Source: Vezdaea acicularis | Taxonomy: Eukaryota | Direction: 5' to 3' | Assembly (NCBI GenBank): GCA_026025075.1 | Contig: JAPEUI010000022.1 | Location: 1-64,000 of the forward strand | DNA: 64,000 bases | Part shown: piece after piece, positions 37,311-50,200 of the stretch | Numbering within the stretch: the first letter of the stretch is position 1 | Layout: each line of letters begins with the position of its first letter | Translations under genes and position numbers: made by a program | Notes under the pieces: model-generated | The model's input: the letters and a program-made list of their open reading frames with translations, nothing else | The model's database searches: none | What the model was told of the DNA's origin: nothing

Positions 37311-37814
37311 TCACACACCTTCTGCATCCAGCTCCTTCCCATCCTCAAGCACCACTTTCTCGCTCCCAACCATGACGAATAAGATACGACACGGGCTGTC
37401 ACTTCTATTGATCCACTCATGCTTTGTTCCGCGCTGGATCATCAGCTCGCCGGTCTTCACAACAGTCTCCTCTCCGCCGTCAAGCTGCAGCACAATCTCG
37501 CCAGCTAGAACGACAGCATAGTCTAAACTGAGCGTACGATGCATAGGGGAGCTAACCCCCGCGGGAATATCGACCGTGCACATCAAGGCGCCTGCTGGCG
37601 GTGGACGCGGGAAGGAGGGGGTGTCAGTTGAGGGCAACGGGTCAACGACAGTGGCAGGAACTTTAGATGCCGTGTGCAGGACGGTGACTGAGCTACTCCC
37701 TGGTCCGTAGGGGGCAAATGGTGTAACATGGGTGTCAGAGCCGAAGATGGACGTTCCGGATTTGTCGTGAGTCGTGATGACGACGCGCGGCGCTGGGAGA
37801 TGGGAGGTCGCCAT
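37311..37814 (-). CDS. Cupin-domain protein
   Basis: RVVITTHDKSG..SPMHRTLSLDYAVVLAGEI..L..G...QRGTKHEWINRS cupin motifs; single exon, ATG 37814. Confidence 0.9.
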   Translation of the reverse strand: MATSHLPAPRVVITTHDKSGTSIFGSDTHVTPFAPYGPGSSSVTVLHTASKVPATVVDPLPSTDTPSFPRPPPAGALMCTVDIPAGVSSPMHRTLSLDYAVVLAGEIVLQLDGGEETVVKTGELMIQRGTKHEWINRSDSPCRILFVMVGSEKVVLEDGKELDAEGV

Positions 37815-39439
37815 TACTGCTGATGGGAAGCCGTGCAGCGCTGAGGAAAGTGGGGTAGTACTCGTGCACTTGCGATTGCGTGAGGTGTGAGAGATGTATA
37901 TCACTGCGGCTGATTGAAGCTTGGTCGAGTTTTAGACGTCAGAGAGAGGTAGGACTGCTTCGCTGTCCTTGATCAAGACATCTGGTGATGGAGGCCTCTG
38001 GAGGTCATTCAAATACCAACCCATCATAGTCACTAAGAGGTCGCGAGCATGTTGCGCCGTCAGCATCGGCGTTTTTGAACGGGACCTCCGACAAAGCAAG
38101 TTGTGACCGGGCGTGACAGGCCACAAGCCGTTATCAAAACCTTATTGGTTAGCGAAGTCTAGGGAGCCGCCTTTTCTTTCGTAAATCAAAACGCACTCGT
38201 TCCGCAGTGGTCAGCCAATACGGACAGCTTATGATAGGGCAGCACTAACGCGTCGGGGTTAACGCGCAAAGTATCCCCGTTCGGGATTTCATGACTTATC
38301 CGCCTGCAAACCCACTCTATGCTCTGCCACGCTTCGATGGCCGGACTTTCGTATTCATCTTTGTTCATAGGTCCGAGCTGTGTGATTGGCTGTCAGTTGG
38401 AGGCTTATACGCCAGACAAATGCCATGTGCAGAAAGTTGGCGGGCGGCCAGCCTTTCTTCCAAATTCTCATGTGAACAGGATAGGCACCGGTCGAATAAG
38501 CAAGATCAGGTGCGCTGGTGTGAAAACTCATCCGTCACTATCCCTAACAGAGCTTGTACTGACATTGATCCTAGACGATGAAACCCTTATTGTACTCAAC
38601 AGTGCTACCAACGCGAGCTCGGCTGAGAATCTCGATTTCAGGACTCTAACCCACCAGTCTTCGCTCGATTTGAGATGGGGCTACGAGTCCGAGCAGCCAA
38701 ATCTCTTCAGCTATGAGTAGCCTTCTGATCCATCGATGTTGTTTATGATTTAGGCGCGGCTTCTCATCCGCGGACACTCATTCGATAGCGGCGCCCCCTT
38801 ATATGTTGACGCCTTCTCATAACCTAGGAGAAATCCGTTACGTGACCATTTGCCATTTACAAGACCTTTCTCTCATCTTCACGTTCTTTTGGAGCCTGTC
38901 CTCAGCCTTTGAAGTACCTCTCAAGGGTACGTCGGGAGAAAGGATCAACGTGGATCGCCATGATACGCTACTTCGCAGCGTGTATGAAGATTGGTGTACG
39001 AGGCATTTATGGGAGCTGCGAGATAGACACGAGCGATAGTCCATGCCATCGGGCGCGCATTGGCACCACGAAATAGGACAGAATCCTCGTTGCACAATTG
39101 CTTTTCTCCTCTCGCCGCTCACTACCTTCGTGCGCTGTCTCAAGGCATAGGTACCCCATGCATTTGATTGTCGGCCATTTGCAATTGAGGTCTAGTCGCG
39201 ATTCTTCGTCTGCGGAGCCAAACAGTAAGTAAGTGAGACCACATTGATGTTTAGCGAACTGGGTGATCGAAGATGCGAATAGGCACGGCGAGGTTATTCT
39301 TATGTTGAGGCACATTGACTGACTTAGGGACGTTGCCGACGAATACAGGCAAACAGGGAGAAGGGCCCGCTACTACTGTAGTTGAGTTCGCTTAATGAAC
39401 AGATACGTACTCGCACCGCTGGATCGAGAATTTGTCATA

Positions 39440-39700
39440 CAGTGGGGGTGCAAAAGTCCGCGTACACCTAGGAAGTGACGCGAATCACGAAATTTTAGAC
39501 CTCTGCAACGCTGCAAGACTATATTGAGCCCAACTGTGCAAAATGGCCCTTGTTAATTAATGCGCAATAACGAATGTTATCGTTCAATATGCCGTATCAT
39601 ACCGCTGCAACAACTGAAGTTAGAGGATGATTCATCAAACAATAGATTTAGATGTTCGTAGCGAAGCGCTACTGTACGCAGACTTTTGCACCCCCCACTG
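39440..39700. mobile_element. impala/mimp-like MITE, 261 bp
   Basis: Left TA+CAGTGGGGGTGCAAAAGTCCGCGTACA; reverse complement of right end CAGTGGGGGGTGCAAAAGTCTGCGTACA (1 indel, 1 mismatch); right flank GA rather than TA; no coding capacity. Confidence 0.85.
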
Positions 39701-40762
39701 GATGAGCAACCGGCAGGGGTTTGATAGAAGCCTCGGGTCCGAAGTTGGCTTCCACCGCTCACAGTCAGGGACTAAGCGGCCACTAAAATACCCGGTCCGC
39801 CCGCCAGTGGCCTCGGCAGCGAAACCAATGTATGTTGGGGCTACGCTGGCGCCCGTGCGGGGGGGGCGTGCGGCGGGACCAGGCCTTCCCCCACCTCTTT
39901 AAAGAAGCGAAGCCTCACAACAACACCTTCAATCCTTTCCCAAGTCAAACCACCCTTGAAAGGAGACCATGAGAGAACAGGAATAGAACGGGAGCCCGAC
40001 TTGCTCAAACTTCCTCCGACGGTGTGCCAATCACTATCGCGTCCTGAACTGGGACGGATGTGAGCCCCTCGCACACCGCATCTTCTGCCCTCAGATTGAC
40101 GAACATCGGGACCTCTGTCCTGCATCAGCTCAAGTGAAGTCCAGTGCGCTGTGATGGGCCTATGCTATGAGCTTCGCTCGTCCTGCGGTGCCTATTGTGC
40201 ATATCCTTGGTCCTGCACGGTTAAGAACCACGTACGTACCCATCCGCTGGCGGGGCCTAACACTGGTGCATAAGCGACGCGCTAGGGTCCATCTGCCAAT
40301 GTTGAACTTCAATTGATCGTGGACGCACGATGATACACGCATCCTACACCTCTTGCCCCGACACGGGACACCGCCGTAACAAAATGCGGCTCCGGGAATT
40401 TTGGATGCACAAAAAGTGCGAGAACAGGCCTATCTCCCCTACTCTCTATTGTACGCTCGTACGTAGCTGCGGGTATCGATCTTCTACAGCGAGCTGTGGC
40501 CTCCGGCTAGACGTCTCTACTAGACCCTACATTTGATATCACACCGTCAACGAGCCTTGCATGCTATAATTGTTCCTTAGTGCAGGTCCAGAGATCATTC
40601 TCTCTTGCAGAAGTACCACGCAAACCGGGGTGCCACTTAGACCGCGACGCACGCTTTTACTTCGTTAGGTATTCCTGGTGCGAGCTGCATCCCCTAACCG
40701 GTGAGAACTTCCAACTAACGTCTCCAAGGCCAGTCTGCGTGCTCCTCCCCAAGCCATAGAGG

Positions 40763-42010
40763 ATGAGCGATCATCAAATCAATGCTCCTATGGATCAATT
40801 AGGCTCAGGCTACTATGACCATTGTATCACCGTCCAAACAAATGGCATGGTTCAGACTTCTGACCTCAAGCTTGCAGCCCACAGACCCGCGGGGACGACC
40901 AATCCCTCTACAGGTAATCCAAAGAAGGGCAGTGGTATATCTCGTCCAGTTGTGCCTAAGAGGACTCGGGGATCCAAAGATGAATGGCGAAAAGTAAACG
41001 CTATTCTGCTCCCGAGATTCGAAAGGTCTTCGCAAAAACCCCTAGATTTGGAACATTTAAGAAAAGAGACAGGCAAAAGCCCAAAACAAATTGAGAATTG
41101 GTACAAGAAGCAAAGGAGAAAGACGAGGGTCCGTCTCGACAAAGGATTCGACAAATATTACCTTTTCAGTGATGAACAGAAGGTCGGCCTTGCTCAAACG
41201 CTCCATGCTGCTCTCGACTTCGTAAAGAACTGCTTGGACGCCATCGGAAACACATTCGTCAAAGAACATCAAGATGTCTTGGAGAAAGATTATGAGCTAC
41301 AGAAATACAAGGGTCTCTGCACACGGGAAACGTTGGAGAACATAGCGAAAGAACGCGGGAAGGATCTTAAAGTCGTGATGATCTACTGGGCTTTAAGAGG
41401 GCAGCAGGATCATGATCCCCTTGCGGTGCTTCATATTAAGATGCTCATTGACGGGAATGTGCTATTGAATACTCCTTACGACGATGCTCATTTTGAGAGA
41501 TCAACGCATTGGCACTCAGGTGTGACCGAACCATCTCATGGAGATCAAGAGGCCCAGATCAACTTTGGCCTACAAAGTCGTCTACGAATCGACCCCGAAG
41601 GGCCATTCAGCGCCTACAATTCTCAGTATGCCACACCTCCATACCCTCTCAGCATGACTACGGCCGACAGTACAGCTCCCACAGGCGTCAGCAACCTAAA
41701 CTTGGTCCCTCTAAGCATCACTGACTCGGTCACTTCATATTCACCTTCACAGTACCAGCCACCATTTTGGCCCAGTGATTCGACTGCTGTCGAATCTACT
41801 CGTACACCCCATACCGAGATAACAGCCATGTCTGGCCCGATGTCGGACCCGATATCAGACATGATGCCCAGCTTGCCTGCACAAAACTATCCATTCTACG
41901 AGTGTCAACCCTGGGGCACCTGCGCAGAGTCCCTATACACAGCCTTGGGTGGCGCCGACGAGACTTGGTACCTCATCTGTAACGTACATGGGATAGTAGC
42001 TCGACATTAG
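40763..42010 (+). CDS. Divergent homeodomain-like protein with a second degenerate HD-like repeat
   Basis: 415-aa single ORF; KRTR arm..LEHLRKETGKSPKQIENWYKKQRRK (helix 2-3); second unit TFVKEHQDVLEKDY..ETLENIAKERGKDLKVVMIYW; P/S/T-rich C-terminus. Confidence 0.7.
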   Translation: MSDHQINAPMDQLGSGYYDHCITVQTNGMVQTSDLKLAAHRPAGTTNPSTGNPKKGSGISRPVVPKRTRGSKDEWRKVNAILLPRFERSSQKPLDLEHLRKETGKSPKQIENWYKKQRRKTRVRLDKGFDKYYLFSDEQKVGLAQTLHAALDFVKNCLDAIGNTFVKEHQDVLEKDYELQKYKGLCTRETLENIAKERGKDLKVVMIYWALRGQQDHDPLAVLHIKMLIDGNVLLNTPYDDAHFERSTHWHSGVTEPSHGDQEAQINFGLQSRLRIDPEGPFSAYNSQYATPPYPLSMTTADSTAPTGVSNLNLVPLSITDSVTSYSPSQYQPPFWPSDSTAVESTRTPHTEITAMSGPMSDPISDMMPSLPAQNYPFYECQPWGTCAESLYTALGGADETWYLICNVHGIVARH

Positions 42011-42928
42011 TAGATAGATCAATTGCGGATCTCCTATGAAGCTTAAGCCAAGTACGTCAAAATTGCTTTACTACTCTAAATCCACCTTTCATACTCTATC
42101 CTTAGCACCTGACTAAAACATGCCAAGTTTGCCTAAGCAATGATTCGTCGACACCTCCGGCTTCGCCAGGTATCGAAACTTCTCAGAGCTATCTTACTGA
42201 CCTCTATCCCATCCACTATTCTATTTGAGTTAATATACTCTCACTTTACTGCTCATTTTTATTATTTCGGGTCTTCGCCTGTGAGCGACCTGGTTGAAAG
42301 TATAGCCTTAGAGCTACGACCATCCGTGGCATTGCAATCAACAGCACTTTTAGCGTCGTTATCCGGCAGTCCTTCATTGCCATCTAGCTTTGATCAAGTA
42401 ATTGCATGGAGTCATTCAGCATCCATCCATTCATATGTGGTTTACGAAGGCATTCTGTACTATGAAATGACCTAGGTGCTGGGCACTGTCAAAGAAACTG
42501 ATCTTAGGCGGCGTATTTGCAAGACGGGCTGGTTCCAATGTTATCATGCCAAGGTCATCTCACAGGACAAGGGTAGACAAGGATTTAGCGTAAAGGTTTG
42601 GGCGACCGGGGCATCTCTTTGGGTAATGGCTTTCTCCAGGTGGATAGAATGCTCTCTCGCGGGGGGAACAGGTATTTAACTTCGTCACTGCAAATATTGC
42701 AAAGCAAATTCTTGAACGACGTAACAAGGCGCTATTTGCATATCGAGGAAATTTGGACGCCAACACGTAGATACACAAAAATGAAAGAGGCGCTACATAG
42801 GGTAATTGAGACACTCCAAAAGCCCAGCGCTAAAAAGGCTGTACATAAATCAAATAAATACAGATCATCTACGCACAACAATGACCTCTTCGAGCATCCA
42901 TGGACAGAGATCACTGGAATTGAGCGCT

Positions 42929-44260
42929 TCATTGTGGTAGATACGCCATCGCCGGCGGTGGGGCTGGATACGCCGCGCTCACAACCCGGACCGGCCCCGC
43001 GTTCTGGCGGAGTTCTTCCTCGCGATCCCGCACCTCCCGCTCGTCCTCGATCAAGACACAACAATGGCAGCAGAACGCAGTGATGCAGTCAGACCCGACG
43101 CTGCCATCAATGTTGTAAAGCTTGCGGACGCGCGTTCGTTGGAGGAACGCGAAGACCCCTTTTTTCGATCGATGAGCGACACGAACAATTTGGTGGGGAA
43201 TGGAAGCTCACATTGGAATCCACATGCTGCCACGCACATGATACCGCAAGATCCATTGCAGGTCTTGTATCCAAGGAGGTCTGTAGGGTCTTTCTGCGAG
43301 AGACGGTATTGTGTCTTGCCGTAGAGGATGCAGGGACACCAAAGTCTAAGGCAATTAGGATTGGGTTTCAGACTATCTTTAAATGTGATGAGGGGATAAG
43401 ACGTACCCTGTGCAGCAGATACCGATATCGCCGAACTCGCAGAGGCCGTGTTTCCATCCGCTATCTGCGGCCATGTTTGGGTGGGGGATTTGACCGGGTT
43501 GGTGAGGCCCGGGAGCGGTGCTCTTGCGGTTGGTGGAAGGAGGTGGGTCGTATGTCGGGTGGTATGGGGTAGTGGGCGTTCGGGGTGACAGTACTGGTAC
43601 TTGAACATGGTCAGGGCTGAACGGAACCTTTTTCTCTGAAGTCTGAGGAATTGGAGGTTTGGCATATTCTTTGTCCGGCAAGGGCTCTGCTTGTGGGCAT
43701 TCAGCCTTTAGAGGCTGTGGTTCTGCGTACGGAGCTGAGAAGGCTGGGTGCTCTCGATCAAGGGGTGGTGGTGTTGGTGATGCCAAATAGGAATATCTTG
43801 ACGTGTTCCTTGAGACCGTCTGGAATGTTGAGTTTTCATGATGATCTATCCCTGAGAGACCTTGATCTCGCGTCTGGGAGTGGGAAGCAAAGTCGGGTAG
43901 TGGCGGTAGGGCTGTTGTTGGAGGAGGGGATCCTTCCATTGGGGATACGGGTGATTGAGGGATGGCTGGCTCGGACGGCGCGTGTCGGGAGAAAGCTTGA
44001 GCGGATGGAGACATTTCTATAGGTGTTTGCAGGTAAGAATACCGACTAGGCTGAGCTCTCAAGTCTTGCTGTTGCGACAGTTCTGGACGATTACTAGTTA
44101 GTCGCATTGGCTCCACGCGTGATCTAATGGGAAGGAGCGGCTGACGAGATTGCAGAGAGTGGGTAGGTGCACCTGTCACCGATGCTTGTACCCTTTCCGA
44201 TGCTCTTGATCTGCCTTGTCGATAACCCTGGTCGTATGAATGATACCCTTTGTCTGACAT
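42929..44260 (-). CDS. PLAC8-family (Cys-rich) protein with Pro-rich N-terminus, 3 exons
   Basis: WKHGLCEFGDIGICCTG/LWCPCILYGKTQYRL..CGFQ/WVFAFLQRTRVRKLYNIDGSVGSDCITAFCCHCCVLIEDEREV..MAYLPQ*. Confidence 0.9.
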
Positions 44261-45766
44261 ATTGAATATATCAGATCTAGTTTGGCAGATATCTTAAGCC
44301 TACAAGCTGATACAGAGCAAGGGTTAGCATTGGGTTCATTGAGCCTTGTGAATCTTGGAGACGCTACCTTATTCCCAAGCTCATGTGTTGGGAAGCTGAG
44401 ATGTTGCTCGAGGGTCCCGCCTCACGCTTTGCAGCTAGCAAGCCAGCAAGTCTCCGATATCTTCAGTGTATGACTACAATCAACTACGACCTTCTTCACA
44501 GCCGCGCGTGGGCGTTGTACGCCCGGAGTAGCAAGGAAGCGTCGGGTAAGTGGTTGGCATCCAACGTCAGCACTTTCACACGCCGAATACCTGTGCAATG
44601 ACGCTGATAATTCGAGTGAATAGGATAATGCCCTGAGCTGGGGAATTTAGATAATTTGGAAAATGTCAGTGGCCTCAGAGATGCGGAGTAGAAGGGAGCG
44701 GATGAGAGGATAGGCGCTCCTCTCCGCCAACGATAGCACCAATACGAGCATCGTCTGTGGCGCCTTGGTGTGGTTGAACGGAAAGCTCGGCGCGTAACGG
44801 CTGGCGCCATTGGGCAGATGGCAGTCGTTTAGAAGCAACCGCCCCCAAGTCTTTCAAAATAGAGTCTTGGATAGATCCGTCTACCGCAGTACGATCCCCC
44901 CATATGTAGAAGATTTGCTCTTCTACTTGTGCTGATAGTGTCGGAAGATTGCAAATCGTAGAGGATTTCCTCGAGATTCAACCAAGTCTTAGTACAGCCC
45001 GGCATTACGCACATGATCTTTCCCTGCGATGCTCTCCAAGTATCATCTCGCTTTTGCAAATCATTCAGTCGGTTGATTTATCAGAAGGGCAAAGGGTTTT
45101 AAGACTTGAGCATAAATTCTGCGGGTGTATAACCCAATTCGCTTCTTGAAGGACGCGATATCATGCGAGAGCAGGTAGGGGGAACGAATAGTCGGTGACG
45201 TACTACGGTACTGACATCCTTGAGCCCCCTTCGTGAATCGGTCGAGCGTGCACTTTAGAGACTCGAAATATCCAACGAAGATTGATGCACATTGTTATGA
45301 GCATGTGTCATGTCGTTACGTTGCCAACGAGAGCGCCTGAAGCGCTGTGAATGGTCCCACCGAATTCACTATGATCAAGTAGAGCTTGCATCTTATTGTC
45401 ATCACCTTTCGAGAGGAGGACGGACTAATGTTCGTCGCAAGTACGCTGATTAAATGTGTGGCAGCCCAGTCTATCATATTTTCATACCTATGAACTGTCG
45501 CTAGGCCACCCAATTTAGGTTCAAAGTACTTTACTCTCTCGCTACTCAGATGACGAGGTTCGGATAGATGTCCAAAAATAAAGTGACAATGCCAAGGTGG
45601 AGACGGTTCACACTATCAGAAGCATTCTAATTTTGTTTTAGATCTGCATACAGTATATTTATACAGGCAAAGCTTAAATCCGGCTTTTTGTCGCTCGACT
45701 GTAAGGTCCGTACCTTTCTTATTCTCCTAAAACTCGCGACCTAGAGGCGATTATGTGCTCGCTGTC

Positions 45767-46678
45767 CTACTGGCGCTTTTCGGGCTAAGAATATTTCAAT
45801 GAGCAAACTTTACGTACAACTAAAGGGACTATCCAATATTTCCAATTGGACTATTCACACCGGCCTTACCTGCGATCGCTCAGTTGATACCGTCCCCTTT
45901 GACTTCGCTGTTTCGGGCGCCCCCTCGCCTTTTTTGCTTGTTGATGGATCTTCAGTTGGATTTGTTTTATGAATTGGAGCCCCTGGTTGATCCTTTTTTG
46001 GCTTGGCCTGTAAAGCAAGCAATGTCATTAGGAGTTACGTGAAGCTGATGCGCCTTGAATTAATTGAGGAGGTTATGAAAAGCGAGGGAACCGACCTGCT
46101 CGTCCTTGGGTTTAGTTTGTTTGCCCGCATCTGGTTCTTCTGATGATTCGCCTTCGGAACTTGTTGGAGTGTCTTCACCATTAGGATCCTCCTCGTCTGA
46201 GGCCCCCGGCTCGCTCTCACCCTTTCCTTCATCTTTCCCTTCCTCATCCCCTGAGCCTTGGGATCCACTTTCAGTATCTTCGCCATCTTCAGAGCCTTCT
46301 CCAGGCTCCTTGTGCTCTTCTGCGTGGCTCTCGTGATCTTCGTGTCCGTGACCAGCGCCAGGGCCGGACATTAGTAGATATCCGCATGTGGGGACAGTGA
46401 CAAAGATTGATGCAAGTGCCCTGGGACACAAAGACGATGTTAATGAGATGTAATCTTAGCGCTACGGCAACGAGCAAAAGCTCCACTCTATACAGAGGTA
46501 TAGATTTATGCTGTTCAGCTTACCAAGGGAGATCACTAGATTTCTTCGCATCATGGCTTGCAGTAGCATAGGCATTCCTCGCTACTCTCTGCCATAGCTT
46601 TGCATGGGTTGGCGCTCGTGTAGTTGCCCTGAATTGCGATCGTAGCAAATTCCGGTAGACAACCCTCTGCAGGGCCAT
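45767..46678 (-). CDS. Fungal hypothetical protein: mitochondrial-type presequence, one TM helix, His/acidic low-complexity tail
   Basis: MALQRVVYRNLLRSQFRATTR..KKSSDLPW/ALASIFVTVPTCGYLL..HGHEDH..E-rich../..SKKGEGAPETAKSKGTV; last exon (3' end) uncertain. Confidence 0.75.
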
Positions 46679-47251
46679 GTCTACTGGGTTCAATTGGGTA
46701 CCAATTGGTCAAATAGAGAATCGACGGCTTCCGATTAATAGGCGTGATTGTGCTAACAAGACTGGAGCACTCTAATGTTGGGTTGCTGATGCTGCAATGA
46801 AGTTGCTGGTGTGAAAGCTAGAAGCTTCGGCAGACGTCAAGTTTACAGCGACCGCTTCTGATTGGTCAACGCAGCTGCGGGCACTTTATTCCACCTTGGA
46901 GGTAGTCAGTGAATATCTTGAACGAACGCGAAGGCTTCTACAGCACCACATTGAATGAAAATGTGCGAGCCTTGAAGTCTATTAAATCTCCTTTAACCCA
47001 CGTAGAAACTTCTTGTTGCATCAGATCTGCCTGTCTTTCGCAACTTGTTCACTACTTTGTGTCAAGCCTAGAGCTTACGGGAGTTCTATGAAGGCATCGG
47101 CGGCATTGTTGAAGCTTGAAATTTCACGCGCTCCTTCCTTGCTACGCTCAAAGACACAAATCCTTTCATTCATCTTAAGACGAAAAGATCAGGGAAAACC
47201 TCGTAGCGAGCTGAACCTTCCACTCCCGTTTCACGGCACTGTCACTTCGTT

Positions 47252-50200
47252 ATGTCCTCTATCCCAGCTCATATCACGGGCTCTACGGTGCAGTCATTAC
47301 TTCCAAAGCTCACAGATCCAGACGCAGACTTTCGTTTCATGTCCCTAAATGACCTGCACGATGTGTTACAAAGGGGACCATCGGGGTTCTTAATCCAAGA
47401 GTATGCTATTTCCGCAAAGACTGTCGACGGCATACTCAAGACCTTGGACGACCAAAATGGCGAGGTTCAAAATCTTGCAATCAAATGGTGATTGAATATC
47501 ATTATTGAAGAATATTGAGCGATCAGCTAAAATCAAATCTTCTAGTCTCTCACCTTTGGTTCAGAAAGTCAGTGCTGATATATGGCCGCCCTTGATCGAG
47601 AAGGTATCGATGCTCAAGATGGAAAATTCCGTGGATCGATCAGTTCCTTCCACCGCTTTGAGGGCTATCGTGACAAGCCTTCCCCGACCAGTTCCCGGGA
47701 CCATACCAAACGAACAAGTGACGCGAGCTTATGACTCCATCAGCAAAGTGCTCATCGTTAGACTAGTTGGCCGCATAATCATACCCCTTGGAAAGAGGGT
47801 CCTTCCACAGCCGCCAAAAGGCATGTTGCAGATGAGTGGTACTAACGGTGGTGTTGATAGTGACGCACTTGACCTTCTGATTGAGGTCATCAGATGCTTT
47901 GGCACAATGCTCCAGGGTGTAGAGATTGAAGCTCTTCAGGGGACAATTATGGAGATTCTGGAGAATGAAAGGACGAGCTCAGTTGTCAAGAAGAAGGCCG
48001 TTACCGCGTACTCAGTAGTGGCTGCATATTTCACGGATGATGTTCTTAGTGCATCTATCTCTCAAATTATCGAAAGCTTTCGTGATTCGCATCTCACTCC
48101 TACCAAGCGGCGCCTCCTCATTACGCTCTTAGCATCCATGGCAAAGTCAATTCCTCGGAGGTTTGGCCCTTACCTTCAAGTTTTAGCTCCATTTGTCTTC
48201 AGCGCATCTAGTGAGGAAGAGCTTCAGGAGCAATTGGAGAAAGTTGCCGAGGATGGTGAGCCAGACATCGAACTCGATGAAGTCCGAGAGTCAGCCTTAG
48301 TTGCTTTGGAGAGCTTTCTTGCGTCATGCAGCAGCGACATGCGACCAAACACGTTAGAGACAGTGGATGCTGCCGTGCGCTTTCTCCAATATGACCCAAA
48401 TAATGCTAATGCTGTCGACGAAAGTATGGAGGCGGCCGACTCTGACGAAGATGACAATGCGGGATATGAAGATGAAGACTATGAAGAAGATGAAGGGTTT
48501 AGCGACGACGATGATATGACGTGGAAAGTCAGACGTTGCGCTGCTAAGCTTCTGTATACTCTTATATCCACTAGGGCGAACGATCTGCTTGAAGACGGCA
48601 CGCTTTATAGCAAAGTCGCCCCACAACTTGTCGAACGCTTTAGGGAGCGAGAGGACAATGTTTTACTCGAGGTCATCTCCGCCATGAGCCTCCTTGTAAG
48701 AAAGACAGGAGAGGGAGTGAATGTAAACCTACGAAACGTCACAGCTCAGGCCAGTAGCCCTATCATGGGGCCACCACATAGCCGAAAGCGGAGGCGACTT
48801 GGCAGTGATGCTAGTATGCTTGACGCTCAACTACCAACTATGTCTGTACCAGAAATAGTCACCGACCCTCCACATTCCTCGGGTTCTCAAGCCAGCCTCG
48901 CAGCCCTAACGCCGTCATTGGTTCAAGCTGCAGCTCGGGTTTTGAGGGGCAAATCGATCTTAACCAAAGAAGCAGCTATTTCACTCCTAAAAGACCTTCT
49001 TGTTGTACAGCATGGTGGTTTGACTGACTACCTTGCTCAGATAATAGATCCTGTCGTCGACGCAATTCGAGGGCCCACATCGAGTGGCGGACAGGGCACC
49101 ATGTCAGGGGCATCTGGAATTGTATCCAGCGCTGGAAGTGTGTTGAGGATACAAGCCTTACAGCTACTGGAGTCTATTGCGGATACTCATCCTTCCAGTG
49201 TGCTCCACACTCTCCTCCCAAAGATTATTCAGGCCATTATTCTGGCATCGAAGGACAAATTTTACAAGGTCTCAAGTGAAGGCTTAGACGCTATCGAAGC
49301 TATCATCAAGGTTATTACACCACCAAGGTGGTTACTCCCAGATCCATTGCAACAAGCACAGCTAGGAACATTGTACGAGGTCGTGATGGATCGCGCTGCT
49401 GCTAACGACGCAGATCTTGAAGTTCGCCAAAGGGCTATTCATGCACTTGGTACACTTCTCGCTCGAACTTCTGGCACAAATGGAAAGAAGCTGCTATCAA
49501 TGGAAAAGAGGACGAAAGCACTGGACGTATTACAGACTCGCTTAAGAAATGAAATCACTCGTGTAGCCGCAGTGCGTGCTATCAATGCAATTGCACTTCT
49601 TGCATCAGCGAAAGAAGACTTTCCTGGCAGGTGGGTCCAAGAAATCTCGCTTGACCTAGGCGCACAACTGCGAAAGTCGAACCGAACCCTGAGAGGATCA
49701 AGCTTGGTGACGCTGAAGGATATAATCATCAACCCTTACGGCCTCGAACATCTCGAGAATCAAACAATCAGATCTGTGGTCGAACTACTCCTGCCATTAT
49801 TGGATGCAAACGATCTGCATCTACTCGGTCATGCACTTTCAATCCTCGCCAAGTTGGCTCAGGTAGATGCAGGAGCCGTTGCAAACGCTGAAGTCGTCAC
49901 TCGTCTATGTAATTTAGTCCAGGTCCCTTTAAGCGGGGGTGTGCTGGATGCGTTACTTATGCTAGTCAAGGCTATTGGAGAGCAAGGCGTAGGGCAGGAG
50001 CTCATGGCTAAGCTCTTGAAGGACGTCGGCGTCGCAGGCGATCCCGCCGTCGTCGGGAAAGTGATTGGCACCCTACTCGTACACGGGGGGTCACGAATTG
50101 GGGTGAAGCTAGAAGATTTTACTGCGGAGCTTGAGACCGTCACTGACGAGCAGAATCAGTGCTTGGCACTTTCAACGCTAGGGGAAGCAGGTCTACGATT

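Noticed and set aside
38319..39315. Protein-like fragments (e.g. DTLLRSVYEDWCTRHLWELRDRHE)
   Set aside because: Multiple stops and no recognisable family; cannot support even a pseudogene call
44829..45059. C-x4-C motif resembling a decayed C2H2 finger
   Set aside because: Histidine ligands absent and no gene structure
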